A stretch of 64,000 nt of DNA from Octopus sinensis (taxonomy: Eukaryota), in assembly GCF_006345805.1 (NCBI RefSeq), contig NC_042999.1:135780001-135844000 (forward strand), read 5' to 3'. The notes under the pieces were generated by a model. The model was not told where the DNA came from, did not search any database, and was given only the letters and a program-made list of their open reading frames with translations. The position numbers and the translations under genes are program-made. Position 1 is the first letter of the stretch. The number at the start of each line of letters is the position of its first letter. Positions 12,695 to 26,029 of the stretch are shown here, one piece after another.

Positions 12695-12905
12695 CTTTGT
12701 GTCTGCGTCTGTGTTTGTTCCCTATCACTGCTTGACAACTGGTGTTGGTGTGTTTATGCTCCCTTAACTTAGCAGTTTGGCAAAAGTAATTGATAGAATA
12801 AGTGCCAGGCTTTGCAAAAAAATAATAAGTACTGTGATCAGTTCATTCGACTAAAATTCTTCTAGGTGGGGCCCCAGCATGACTGCAGTCTAACGACTCA
12901 AACAA
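12465..12905 (+). mobile_element. SINE family B, near full length
   Basis: Head GTGGTTGTGTAGTAAGAAACTTGC..GGTTCAGTCCCACTG, an internal (TA)n(TG)n tract, and the family B tail. Confidence 0.8.
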
Positions 12906-13364
12906 GTTAGAGAGAAAAGCTAGATAACTGGTCACATGTCACTCAAGTGGACATGAGAACCAGAAGGAGCTTGTTGCTTAGTAAAAACAAGACAAGAGAC
13001 TAACACCACATGCTTCTCTGATGAGAAATACACTCATTTGAATAGTATAGTGTTAGGGACATTTAGACATTTAGTTGAGTCTGAGGAAGACTCAGAAGCA
13101 ACATATAAGAGAAGGTAAGTGTGAGATTTCCAAACAACAAGGAGAGAGAGGTGAAAGCTGTAATGTACAGGACAGTTACACATTCTTATCAGCAGCTTGC
13201 TGCAAGTCTTTAATATATTCAATATTTTGTTGATGAAGATCTCTGTCCAAATGGTGGACAAAGTGTAACTATAGTGGCTTTAAGAGTTAAATAAAAGATT
13301 TGGAAATATCAGGTCATCCCATAAGTTCTGTCTGAATTTTGAGTAAAGAAAACAAGTGATCAAA

Positions 13365-14505
13365 TCATCATCATCATCATTTAGCGTCCGTTTTCCATGC
13401 TAGCATGGGTTGGACGGTTTAACTGGGGTCTGTGAAGCCAGAAGGCTTCATCAGGCCCAGTCAGATTTGGCAGTGTTTCTACGGCTGGATGCCCTTCCTA
13501 ACGCCAACCACTCCGCGAGTGTAGTGGGTGTCTTTTACGTGCCACCTGCACAGGTGCCAGACAGAGCTGGCACAACGGCCACGAACCGATGGTGCTTTTA
13601 CGTGTCACTGGCACGGGGCCAGGCGATGCTGGCAACGAACACGAACGGATGGTGCTTTTACGTGCCACCAACACGGGGCCAGACAGAGCTGGCAAACGGC
13701 CACAAACGGACGGTGCTTTTACGTGTCACCAACATGGGGGCCAGCCGAGGCTGGCAACGAACACGAATAGATGGTGCTTTTACGTGCCACCGACACGGGG
13801 CCAGACAGAGCTGGCAAACGGCCACGAACGGACGGTGCTTTTACATGTCACCGGCACGGGGGCCAGCCGAGGCTGGCAACAAACACGAACGGATGGTGCT
13901 TTTACGTGCCACCGACACGGGGCCAGACAGAGCTGGCAAACGGCCACGAACGGACGGTGCTTTTACGTGTCACCGGCACGGGGGCCAGCCGAGGCTGGCA
14001 ACGAACACGAACGGATGGTGCTTTTACGTGTCACCGACACGGGGGCCAGACAGAGCTGGCAAACGGCCATGAGTGAATGGTGCTTTTACGTGTCACCGGC
14101 ACGGGGCCAGGCGATGCTGGCAACGAACACGAACGGATGGTGCTTTTACGTGCCACCAACACGGGGCCAGACAGAGCTGGCAAACGGCCACGAACGGACG
14201 GTGCTTTTATGTGTCACCAACATGGGGGCCAGCCGAGGCTCGCAACGAACACGAACGGATGGTGCTTTTACGTGCCACCGACACGGGGCCAGACAGAGCT
14301 GGCAAACGGCCACGAACGGACGGTGCTTTTACGTGTCACCGGCACGGGGGCCAGCCGAGGCTGGCAACGAACACGAACGGATGGTGCTTTTACGTGTCAC
14401 CGACACGGGGGCCAGACAGAGCTGGCAAACGGCCACGAGTGAATGGTGCTTTTACGTATCACCGACACGGGTGCCAGACGAGGCTGGCAGCGGACACGGA
14501 TATAT
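13365..14505 (-). mobile_element. Family C repeat with an expanded internal ~61-bp minisatellite (16 units)
   Basis: (CAT)n and GGATGCCCTTCC, followed by (GGTG)CTTTTACGTG units starting at ~13530, 13591, 13651, 13712, 13773, 13834, 13895, 13956, 14017, 14079, 14139, 14200, 14261, 14322, 14383 and 14445. Confidence 0.9.
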
Positions 14506-14589
14506 GATTTGATTTTGATTGTTCTCACTGGTCTTGCCGGGTCTTCTCACGCACAGCATACTTCCATGTTATATTTAATTGAAATTTAA

Positions 14590-15705
14590 TCAATCATCAA
14601 TGTACTTTCCCTGATTATCTATGACTTCCTTCCATCTATTTACAAGCTTTTTAATCTCATCAATGTAAAAGCTAAGAACTCTGAAATGTCAGTTTTGATC
14701 TCTTCCTGGCTTGCGAAAGTTATATCCCCGAAATGATTCTGTAAACTATGAAACAAATGGTAGTCTGAAGGAGCAAGGTCGGGAGAATAAGGTGGATGAG
14801 GAATTTTTTCTTTGATCTTCTGTGATGTGATCTTTGCAGTGTGGGGTCATGCATTGTCCTGATGAAACATCACTCCTTTTCAATTCACTAAAGTGAGTTT
14901 TTTTCTTCAAAGCTTGGTTTAAATGCTCTAATTGCTGACATAAGACTTGAGCATTGATTGTTGCATTAGGTGGTAACAATTCAAAGTGAATTACTCCTAT
15001 GTAATCCCACCAGATAGAGAGAAGAACCTTTTTCCCATGAAGTTCCCTTCTCGGTTGTGGTTGAGCTTTTTCCCTTTTACTAAACCACTGTTTACGACAT
15101 TTAACATTTCAATAGAAGATCCATTTTTCATCACCAGTCACAAGTCTATCCAAAAAGGGTGAAATGAGTTCGTGAGAATGGAGAGAAGAGCAGCTGTCAA
15201 CTTGGGATTTGCGGTTGCTTTCAGACAATTCACAAGGCACCCATTTTCCAAGTTTAGGAACCTTTCCAAGTTGTTGAAGATGATGATGAACAGTTGTATG
15301 GTTTGAACTAAGCTTTATTGCCAATTCTTCAACTGATAATGCAGGATTTTCTTCAAGTAATGCCTTAAGGAGCTTATCATCAAACTCAACTGGACGTCCT
15401 GTTCGATCTTCATCTTCAAGGCTGAAATCTCCACTTCTGAATTTTGCAAACCACCTTCTGCAAGTTCTTTCATTCAAGCATTCTTTCCCATAAACTGAGT
15501 GTATGTTGTGAGTTGCTTCGGCTGCAGAGTTTCCTTTTTTTGTACTCATAAAGCTTTATGTGCCTCAAATGCTCTTTGTATACTTCCATGTTAGAAAGGG
15601 TTTTAATCAAAGAAATTTTAATTCTATTATTATGTAAAATGATATTTAATTAGTTTAAATGTACACAAATGCATAAAAATAATTTTTAATTCCATTAGAC
15701 ATTCT
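14590..15705 (-). mobile_element. mariner transposon remnant (Hsmar1/SETMAR-like transposase pseudogene)
   Basis: ERTCRRWFAKFRSGDFSLEDEDRTGRP, WVPCELS, VTGDEKWIFY. Further frameshifted segments give LLPPNATINAQ, PDLAPSDYHLF and WKEVIDNQGKYIDD*. Confidence 0.92.
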
Positions 15706-16658
15706 AAAATACTATTAAATTTCATTCAATTTTAAAAAGGTAAAATTGGACAGAACTGATAGTTAGAGAATGGATATAGCAAGGAGAAATATTGAGATGC
15801 CAGACAAGAAACAAGATATCATTTGTGTCTGATTAGGTGAGAAGCTAAATGTCAGAAATCTGCTGATATTCTATGCTGTGAGAATGGAAGGTGTAAAGTG
15901 TTCTAAATTACAAAGCATAGTGTTTATAGAAATCAAGATGTTGAAAAAGATTATGTCCATTATGCACTTACTTTTATTGACAAAGACAAGAAGGAGACAG
16001 AGAAGTTTTATAATAGAAAGTTGTTGCACTTAACATTGACTGAGCAGACTTATGATCAAAAGCATTTTAGCCCTATCAATCCTATCTTATTGTATATCTA
16101 AGACTACAGTGTTCAATGTATCTTCCCTGCTTAAAGGAAATTGAGTGTGATTTGAGGGAATTTGGCTGCTATTTCTTGTAAGTTGAGCAACTTCATAGAG
16201 GTTCTTTTGTTGGATCAATATAATAAAAGGCTGTTGAAAGAGGATGAAGAATTTAATAGTGAGGGACTATTGCCAATGGAATCAACAAAGGGACTAGCTA
16301 TCATAGTTAGTTCCAGAATAGTAGTTGTGTAGGATATATTTTCACAGAGTGTCTTCTGTGTGAAGAACATATAGTTAAGTGCAGGCTACCATACTCAGGG
16401 TGGTGAGCTAAAAATAATTTTAAACAGACAAGTGGAAAGTCATTAGCTTATACTCAAAAGTGACAAAACAGAGAACTTCCAGAAGTGCCATTGATCAAAC
16501 ATTAAGTAGTGATGCACAGGGGTGAGAATGAATGGGTCTTGATCTTTTCCCTCTCTGTGAGTAATTTAAATGAAAATTATTCGGTTCTAATGCAGAAACA
16601 CATGCGATTTACTATTAAAGCCTGGTATCTTCCATCTTCATGTCATATCATTCTTATA

Positions 16659-16725
<67 letters not shown>

Positions 16726-16949
16726 ATACAGAGAGAGAGAGAGAGAGAGAGGATATATGCTAGTTATTCCCTTAGTTAATCATTGCTGTTTAACTTCAGG
16801 TCAGCCCTGACCCAACATACCTGAATAAAAGGTTATGAGCAGGAAATATTTTGGCTCTGGTTGACTGCTAGCCCTTTGCAAAGTCAAAGCAAAACTAATC
16901 ATGAAATACTGCTTCCACACCTGGGATGGTAGTGCTGCTGTTACATAAA

Positions 16950-17560
16950 AACATCCTAGTGTGTATTACCAGTCAGCCTGGTCTTTTGTCATCTCACCTG
17001 TGAGATTCAAAGTCCTGAGATTAGCCTTCAGCTTTTCATCCCATTTCTTTATGGCTTTCTCTCTTCTGCCAACTCCATCTACATTAAGACATTGACACTT
17101 CTTTACACAGCTGTCTTCATTCATACACATCACGTGTCCATACCAGCATAGTCTTCTTTCTCACACACTACATCTGATCCCTCTTATACTCAGTTTTCTC
17201 TTGGTATATTTGTATTGCTCATGCACACTTGCATTACTCAGTCAGCTGAGCATGTTTGTTTCTTTTCTTTCTAGTCTTTTCAAGTCCATGCCTCAATACC
17301 TCACAGTATTGCAGTTCTAACACAAGCATTGTGCAATCTGCCCTTTACTCTGAGGGAAAAGACTTTTGTAACCAGCAGCAGTAGTAGCTCCTTGACCTTT
17401 CTCCAACCTATACTTAACTTGGCTAACACCACCCCTGCTAATTACATCTTGGTAACAAAAGCTATCAGCCACTTTGAGTGAGCCATTTAAGCATGTAAAA
17501 GAACCTATTTTTGACATACACATAGTATGTACTGCTCCAGTGCATCTATCACATATGAAG
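16950..17560 (-). mobile_element. RTE-clade LINE 3' remnant
   Basis: Frameshifted reverse translation gives LRVKGRLHNACVRTAIL, KLSIRGIRCSV*ERRLCWYGHVMCMNEDSCVKKC and KKWDEKLKANL, the typical RTE RT C-terminus. Confidence 0.75.
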
Positions 17561-18092
17561 CTTATATTCTCTGTTAGTCAGTCCATAGAATCACAGCTCT
17601 TGTGTGTCTATGGCTTACAATGAGTACACTGTATGAAATTTATGGCTTATAGTCTTTTTCTGCATATTACCATCATCCTGTCTTTTTTTTTCTACTTACT
17701 AAAACCATCTTTGCTAAGTTTACTTTAAGACCTCTCAATTCTAGGTTTAGATCCCACGCTCAGAATTTCCTCTCTAATTCTCCATTAGATTCAGCAATGA
17801 GAATTAGATCAACTCCTCTCTGAAATCCTTTAAGATTATAATAAATAGAAGAGGCCTAAGGAATCAAGTTCTGATGGACTTCTATGTTCACAAGAAATTC
17901 ATCATTGAAATCATTGTTGACTCTCACTTTACTTACTGTATCTCTGCATGTAGCTTATGCAACCTTCACAAGCCATTTGTCAACACCAAGTTTTCTCAAT
18001 TACCACCCAATTACTGAATGTGGTATCCTGTCAAACACTTACACACACACACACACAACATGCATATGCACATACATATACGTCTATAAATA

Positions 18093-18128
<36 letters not shown>

Positions 18129-18489
18129 CACCCTCACCACCGCCACCATGTGTATATAAGAGAGATGGAGCATTTAGGTCTGGTCATCAACATGCTGAGA
18201 TGAGTGGTTTTGCAAGAAACCTCCAATCTAAGAATGGTTGTTAGATGAAGCCCTTGAGTTGATAACTTAGCTATGGCATTCATATGTTTGAAGTTCTTCT
18301 GGAGCATGATGTTGGAGAGCAAGCCTTGATTGAGTTACTATTTTATATTTGATTGCTCCTACTAAAAGAAGAAAACATGCGTTTTCTTCCATGAAGAGAA
18401 GGATTCTTTCTTTTATGATGAAGATCACTGAAATAGAAACATAACAAAGAAAATTAAATACGCCATTAACTACCATACATAGAATATTT

Positions 18490-19250
18490 CATCCAAAAGA
18501 AAGAGAATTTAGTAGTTACAAAAACAGGATACAGAAGCTAAAAAAGGCTCTGAATTTGAGTGATAAGAGAAATTTCATAAAACTAGCCACTAATGGCAGA
18601 AAACAATTTGCTACTTCCTTATCTACAAATGATGGAAGGCATGTGTATGGATATCTCATTAGAAGGTCTTTGAAGGAATCTGGAATTTGTGGCTGGGATT
18701 GCATCATAAACCAAAAACATTACCAATAGAATTCTTTGAACTGTAGAAAGTAATGAACATCAGTTTGTTTCAAAGTGTTATCTTCTTGGATAAATCAAGA
18801 CTTACCAACTCACTGATGGATGTCTAAGAAAATCAAAAGAAAAAGTCAATGCTGACAAGAATATTTTACAAAAGCATCATCTTCTCTATACAAGAATAAC
18901 TTATTAATTTCAGACTGGCAATGTACCAATATGATAATGCTCCTGCTCATTCAGCCAAAGTAGTCAAATGGTCTCTCCAAGATCATGAAAACAAGATTTT
19001 GTTTTGGCCTGGACTGTCTCCAGACCTTGTGGTAAATTTATGCAGATCATTAAGTCAAAGCTGATTCCAAGAACTTTTATAAACAGCATTTTATTATTTA
19101 CAGCATTTGAGCAAAATTTGGTATAAATCAGAGTCTACAGTGTTGAAAATATTTGCTGACAGTATGATTAAAATAAATAAACACTACAATATAATCAATC
19201 ATGCCAGAACTATTGATTATTTCATTTTAGTTAGGAATAAACATAAATTC
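18490..19250 (+). mobile_element. Tc1-like transposase remnant
   Basis: Near 18930-19030 it reads DNAPAHSAKVVKWSLQDHENKILFWPGLSPDL (DNAPxH and WPxxSPDL motifs). The rest is heavily decayed. Confidence 0.65.
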
Positions 19251-19519
19251 TGGTTTTTAAAAGTTTGAATACTGACAAAAAAAAATTGATTTCAATGAAA
19301 ATAATGTTTTTGAAGAAATTAAAACCTTGCAGATGTTCAGTTTGTATGTGTGCGTGTATAAATATTCTTCATACAATTTGCACTACAGAACATTCCTTTC
19401 AGCTGTTGATAGGAGATTACAGTTATTTTGGCACCGTCTAACTGTATTTCCTCCTCCAACAATGTTTAGGAACATAAATGTTAACAGGTAATGTTCAAGT
19501 CCTTTTAGCCCATAGTAAT

Positions 19520-20260
19520 GCTTCTTTTCTTATTACCGTTGTCCATTCAGCTGTAACCACTCCAGCTATGCAGCAACTATTCTGTTTTACTGCTTGCTGA
19601 GGATTTCTTATTTGTTCCCAGTTTTGGTTTTTCTCTCTTATGTCTCTGCCATATCCTTAGCAAAACATTTTCTGCTTTCCTCTCCATCTATCACTGCTCT
19701 GCTATCCTTCCTAAGTCCAATACCATGAAGGAAAGATATTGTGGATCTAGATATAAACTCATGATTTCCTGCTTCGAGTGATAGCACCATATACTTCTGT
19801 CTTTGTGCTTCATATGATTCCCCAAGTTCTTCAAATTTTAGGCCCTTCTGAAGATGCTGTCAACTCAAAAATCAAAACCTTTTACATTATCAGACATAGG
19901 AACAGGACATAGCTTTCCTATTGTAATGTGGTTTAGGAATATGAGGACTTCCTTCAAATCCACTTGAGGTTGTAATCTTTAATAGCATTCAAAAGCCTGG
20001 GCTTTCCTTTATTAACATTCCAGCATTGTCCTTTCTCACCTTCCAAGTGGAAAACAACAGAAAATTATTGATTCTCATTGTATTAATACTGCAGTATTCA
20101 GAATTGTTATCATAGCACATCAGCAATAATAGTTCTGACTTGGACATAGCACCAGATATACTTTGCAAAGATGGCTTACATGCTGTTAGAATATACACTA
20201 ATGAAGCAGAGCCTCCAAGTCGATATTCGTCAGCTCCATGATTTAATATTCTTTTTTCCT
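19520..20260 (-). mobile_element. Probable highly decayed RTE-like LINE fragment
   Basis: Only scattered residues resemble an RTE C-terminus, with many stops. Confidence 0.3.
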
Positions 20261-21365
20261 TTAGGCACAAGGCACGGAATTTTTGGGGAGGGGATCAGTC
20301 AATTAGATCAACCCCAGTGCACAACTGGTACTTAATTTATCAACCCTGAAAGGATGAAAGGCAAAGTCGACCGTGGCAGAATTTGAACTCAGGAGGTAAA
20401 GACAGACAAAATACCACTAAGCATTTCGCCTAGTATGCTAACGTTTCTGCCAGCTCACTGCCATCCCATGACTTAATATTGGCGGAGGATGGAAACACAT
20501 TGTGACTCTGCTTAAAAAGTAGTAAACAATCTGCTTGGTTTCATTTTCCACAACATGCTCCTTAACAGTTTGTTCCTCTCTTCTATTTCCTATGTTGTCA
20601 ACCTATTTGTATTGTCTCCACAGTCTTACTGCTTTAATTGCACACTCCACCCCTTCAATATTGTGAATTTCTTTAGTTACAATATCTTGCCTACCTTTAT
20701 TATACTGAAGGAATAGCCACTTGTTCCATATCCATCTCATTCCAGCCCACACATTGTGCATCACACCAAATGTCTCTTTCATTTCCAGATAGATATTTAC
20801 CTCTTCAACAGGCCCTCTTCAATCTCCATTTCTTTCCTATCAACACAGTTGACAAAGCTGGAGTGGTGGAGGACAAACACAAACAGAGACATATATGCAT
20901 ATATGTATAATGTACAATGGGCCATTTTCAGTTTCCAAATCCAAATCCACCCTCAAAGATTTTGTTGGCCCAGGACTGTAGTATAAGATGCTTGCCCAAG
21001 GTGCTACACAGTAAACCCAGAACCATGTGGTTGGAACCTGACACCCCATATTCAAGACAGACTGACTTTTTGTGGTTTGGGTAAGAAGTTAACATTGTTA
21101 GAAAAATTCATTCAACCAAGTTAGCAGACTTTTTGCTTCTGTTCTTGTTTTCAGTATGGTAGGGATTTCCTCCATAAAGACACAGCAGTAGTAGTGCCAC
21201 CCATGTACTATTGTGAGATAAGGACACCCATGAATAAGAAAAATTGAGTAAGTGAAGTTGGATCTCAGGTCAATGAGACTTTCAAATGACACCATGAAAC
21301 TAATAAAGATTGACAAAATTGTTAAAATATTGATGATGTAATGATATATGCATCTCTATGCATAT

Positions 21366-21409
<44 letters not shown>

Positions 21410-21433
21410 GTGCGTGTGTGTGTGTGTGTGTGT

Positions 21434-21735
21434 GGAGGCACATGGCCTAGTGGTTAGAGTAGTGGACCTGCGGTCGAGGGATTGCGGGTTCAAATCTCAG
21501 ACTGGCCGATGTGTGTGTTTATTAGCGAAACCCCTAAGCTCCACGCGGCTCTGGCAGAAGGTAATGGCGAACTTCTACTGACTCTTTCACCACAACTTTC
21601 TCTCACTCTTTCCTCCTGCATCATGCAGCTCACCTGCGACGGACTGGTGTCCCATCCAAGTGGGGAATTTATACGTCAAGGAAACTGGGAAACCAGCCCT
21701 ATGAGCCAGGCATTGCTCGAGAAGGAACAAACAAC
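21434..21735 (+). mobile_element. tRNA-derived SINE, family D
   Basis: A box TGGCCTAGTGG, B box GGTTCAAATCT, and body GCGACGGACTGGTGTCCCATCC. Relatives lie at 33493 and 46215. Confidence 0.8.
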
Positions 21736-21822
21736 ACACACACACATTTATATATATATATACACACTCACACACACACATGAATGCATATACATATGTA
21801 TGTACATACATTCATGCACACA

Positions 21823-22770
21823 CAAGGGGTGGCTAAAAAGTTCTTAGGCTGACCAAGATACTGTCATGAAGTGTGACCAAATGAGGTTTGTCTTTCAACA
21901 TAGTCCACAAAATTCTTCCATTGGTGTTGTAGTGCTTGAATCCCTTTGGTGAAGAAGCTTTAATCCTGTTGGTTAAAAAAGTCATGCACAGCAGACATGA
22001 TGTCATCATCACTGTGATTCTGATTCCCAGTCAAACGGTTTTGCATGTTTGGGGAACAAATGATAATCAGATGGAGCCAAATAAGGAGAATAGAATGAGT
22101 GATCAACCAGTTCAAAGCCACAGTCACACACAGCAGCCATTGAAACCAATGAATTATGTACTGGAGCATTGTCCTCACGAAACGAGCTCTTTCGCCAGTT
22201 CTCCTGGGCACTTGATCTTGATAGCCTTTTGTTACTGCCTCAGCAAGTCGGCATAGTACTCTCCATTGATGGTGTGGCTCTTTTGAAAATATTCAATAAA
22301 CACAGTGTTTTTTTGCATTAAAAAAAACTGAGGCCATCACCTTCTCTGCAGATGAAACAACCTTTGGCTTTCTTTTGGAACAGGTGAGGAGGGATGTTTC
22401 CATTGCATGCATTGTCTATTTGTCTCTGGTTCAAAATGATGATGCAAACATTCATCCAGAGTTAGCAAACGTTCAACAAAACTAGCTGGGTCTGCCTCAA
22501 ACAATGTCAGATTTTCCTGTGATGTGATCAGCCTGGTGCACTTTTGATCAGGTGTCAGATGTGGCACCCACTGAGCAGAAACTTTCCTCATACCAAGTTT
22601 ATTGTGCAGAATATTCTCAACTCCCTCATAGGATACGCTTATAGCATTGGCTGTTTGATTTATAGTCACTTGCCTATCATCCATTGCCATGTGGTGAACA
22701 TGATCAATGTTTTCCATGTGGTGAACATGATCAACTGGTGGCAGTTGCAGGACATCGAAACCTTGGGTCA
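21823..22770 (-). mobile_element. mariner remnant (irritans/Himar-like), 5'-truncated
   Basis: DDRQVTINQTANAISVSYEGVENILHNKLGMRKVSAQWVPHLTPDQK..LTLDE..EPETNRQCMQWKHPSSP. TIR-like end AAGGGGTGGCTAAAAAGTTC at ~21824. Confidence 0.85.
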
Positions 22771-22789
22771 TCTTCAAGACTCTCTCTTC

Positions 22790-23785
22790 CCCTCTTATTC
22801 AGCTTCTTATACTTGAAAGGTCGCACACCAAAAGAGACTTTCGATGAGATGAAAGAAGTTTACAGTGTTGATGCACTATCATACGATGTAGTGAAGCACT
22901 GGCATCTCCAGTTCAAATGTGGTTGGACATTGGCAGAAACTGCTCCTATTCCTGGACAACCACATTCTGCCATTGATGATGAGACCATACACTATTTTGG
23001 GGGATCGTCTCATAATTATTTGGCAATTATCCCAAGAAATGAAGATAAGTGTAGGGTTCATGGAAAAAATTCTTCATGACCATTTGCACATGTGGAAGTT
23101 GTCTACATGAGGGATTCCCGATATACTCACACCTTTTCAGAAGCAAGAATGAGTCAATTGCTCCAAGGCTCTTTTGGCAATGTGCCAAGAAAATGACTTA
23201 TTACACAGGATGAACATGGGTCCATTACTATGGAAGCAATGGAAATATAACTTACCGCCTTCAAAGAAGGCTTGTGTCCAGCCCTCAGCAGGCAAGGTGA
23301 TGTTCACAATCTTTTGGGACCAGCACGGAGTATTGATGATGGATATTCTAGCAAAAGTCACTTCAATTAATGGGGCATATTATGCTTCTCTGCCACAGAA
23401 ATTGTGGGATGCCATCAAAGTAGAGAGGTGTGGCATGCTGACCAAAGGAGTCTGCCTCCTCTGAGACAACAACCCGGTCAATAATGCATATGTTGCCCAG
23501 ATGAAAGCATATTCCTTTGGCTATGAAATCCTTCCTCATTCCCCTTACTCTTCTGACTTTACACCATCTTACTTCCATCTCTTTTCAACCATGAAGGGGA
23601 AGTACTTTTTGGTTGATGATGACCTTATTTCTGAGGTAAAGTCTTGGTTCCAGATGCAACCTACTGACTTTTACAAATGAGGTCTTGTGGCTATGTTGAA
23701 AAGGACTAATAATTATGCCAAGTTTCGTTTATCCCTGTCCTTGAAAGGTGGTTCAGGGGAAATCTTTAATGAACATCCCTCGTAT
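22790..23785 (+). mobile_element. Second mariner remnant (irritans-like), lacking its 5' TIR
   Basis: FLYLKGRTPKETFDEMKEVY..VVKHWHLQFKCG, then PSAGKVMFTIFWDQHGV..INGAYYASL, then HSPYSSDFTPSYFHLF. Ends GAACATCCCTCGTA. Confidence 0.85.
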
Positions 23786-23909
23786 GTACAAAAATACCCT
23801 GTTGATGTTGTTGAAATTCCAATGAAGGAGCCTTAAATCGAGGTTTATGGCTCTTTCTTTATGGACAAGAAATCTTGAAATAAAACTGAATAGTGACATA
23901 CATAAATAC

Positions 23910-23940
<31 letters not shown>

Positions 23941-25059
23941 TGTATGTATGTATGTATGTATGTATGTATTCACTTCTATTGGCAAAAAATCATGAAATAA
24001 AACTGAATAATTACATGCATACATACATATAATAGACAGAAATAATGAGTTATGTATATTTATTTGTTTATTATAGGTTTACAGTTGTTACAAATGGGCA
24101 TTTGAGTGTGTCCATGGCTCCGTTTTATCAATTGATCAATTAATTAACTGAAAATATAGGGAACGGCCCTCACAATATCTTTCATCAGAGTCAAAAAATT
24201 ATCAACTGCCAAAGAAGAAAAGAGAAGAAAAAGGATAGAATTTGGTTGGTGTGACATTATACAGAACTAAGTTGCCTGTTTCTAGCCATCAGTCTTAAGC
24301 TATTGTTCTTTCTTACCACTGGTGAATAATATTGACGTCCAGTAAAGAAATTTGATACCCACAACCTCTTTATGGTCAGTGGGTGGCAGGTTTTTGGTAT
24401 TTACTACTATATTTTTGGCAACTATGTTATGTCATGAAGGGGATTTTGGTTTACTGCTATATTTTTGGGAGTTATGTGAAGGTATTGCTTATTATTTTAA
24501 GCCTGAAGTATTAACGTCTGTCTAATTAATTACCAGGAATTCATATAAGTACAAAACAGTTAACAGAAGAACTAGCAATCAGAGATTATAAATAAATAAA
24601 TTATAACAGTTAAAGAAACTTTAAAAATAAGACCACATATAATCTTAAATTATAGGACTAGGTGTCATTGGTGCAGTTACATAAGGAAGGCTAAGATATG
24701 ATTCTTGAATAGGGTGGTGGAGTAAATTACACAAGTGCTAAGTAAAGAAGATAAATCTGAAACAAAATCAAATAAAACCAAAGTAAAACAAGAGCAATAA
24801 AAACAAAAATAAAAAGGGACAAGTAAGGAAATGGATATATGAAAATAAATATAAGAAATAAAAAGGGATGTCTTCTTGTCAACAAACAAGTAGAGAAAAG
24901 AGACAAGGAAAAGGAATCTTCTGTAATTTAAGCAATTGAGAAAATTGATGATTACCATCTAATTCAAAAATGCATTATCTCCAAACTATTGGACAAGGAA
25001 GATTTGCAGGTGTTATCGTATCCATTTGTTCACATGATCAATTATTGAGGGAATGATTT

Positions 25060-25690
25060 AAAGGTTTTGTTGCAAAAATGAGGCATGATTGTGTGGTAAG
25101 AAGCTTGCTTCAAAGGCGACGAGCTGGTAGAAATGTTAGCATGCCGGGCGAAATGCTTAGCGGTATTTTGTCTACCGTTACATTCTGAGTTCAAATTCTG
25201 CCGAGGTTGACTTTGACTTTCATACTTTCAGGGTCGTTAAATTAAGTACCAATTATGCACTGGGGTCAATGTAATCAATTTAATCCATTTGCCTGGCCTT
25301 GTTTGTCCCCTCTATGTTTAGCCCCTTGTGGGCAATAAAAAAAAAGCTTGTTTCCCAACCACCTTGGGCCAACCAAAACCTTGTGAGTGGATTTGGTAGA
25401 CAGAAACTGAAAGAAGTCCATCATATATGTGTGTGTGTGTGCGTGTATATATGTGTGTGTGTGTGTGTGTGTATGTGTGTATGTGTGTCTGTCTGTCTGT
25501 TTGTTCCCCACCACCACTTGACAACTGGTGTTTGTGTGTTTGCATCCCCATAATTTAGTAGTTTGCCCAAAGAGACTGATAGCACAAGTACTGAGTTTAA
25601 GAAAAAAGGACTGGGGTTGACTCACACAACTAAAAATTCAAGACAGTGCCCCAGCATGGCTGCAGTTTAATGACTAAAACAAATAAGGGA
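25060..25690 (+). mobile_element. SINE family B with a nested family A copy (~25095-25340)
   Basis: The B head is interrupted after AAGCTTGCTTC and resumes at AAGCTTGTTTC (imperfect TSD). The insert is a complete family A body. Confidence 0.8.
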
Positions 25691-26029
25691 TAAAAGGTCT
25701 TACTGCTAATTCATCCCTTTTATTTAGGATGTTATGCTCTGATGTAAGTATCAACAATGATTCTTCTAGGTGAAGCTCACATCTGGTTTTCTGCACATCA
25801 TACAGAGGTGTATTGCTAAATATTATACTTAGTTGTTTTAAAGGCATCAAGTTGGCAGATATGTTAATGTGCTGGGTGAAATGCTTATTGGAACTTTGTC
25901 CATCTTTGTGTTCTGAATTCAAATTCTGCAATGGTCAATATTATAACTATGTCTTTGAAAGGCCTAATGAGGTTGAGCTTTCTTTATTCCTATGTCTAAA
26001 TGATGAGTTATAATCATAATATTATTTTC

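Noticed and set aside
13018-13035. CTGATGA-GAAA as a hammerhead
   Set aside because: No stem II, and no supporting stem I or stem III.
13410-14512. Long overlapping ORFs (up to 307 aa) and a CRISPR-like look of the array
   Set aside because: The ORFs are open only because the GC-rich 61-bp unit lacks stops. The units are contiguous with no unique spacers, there are no cas genes, and the context is eukaryotic.
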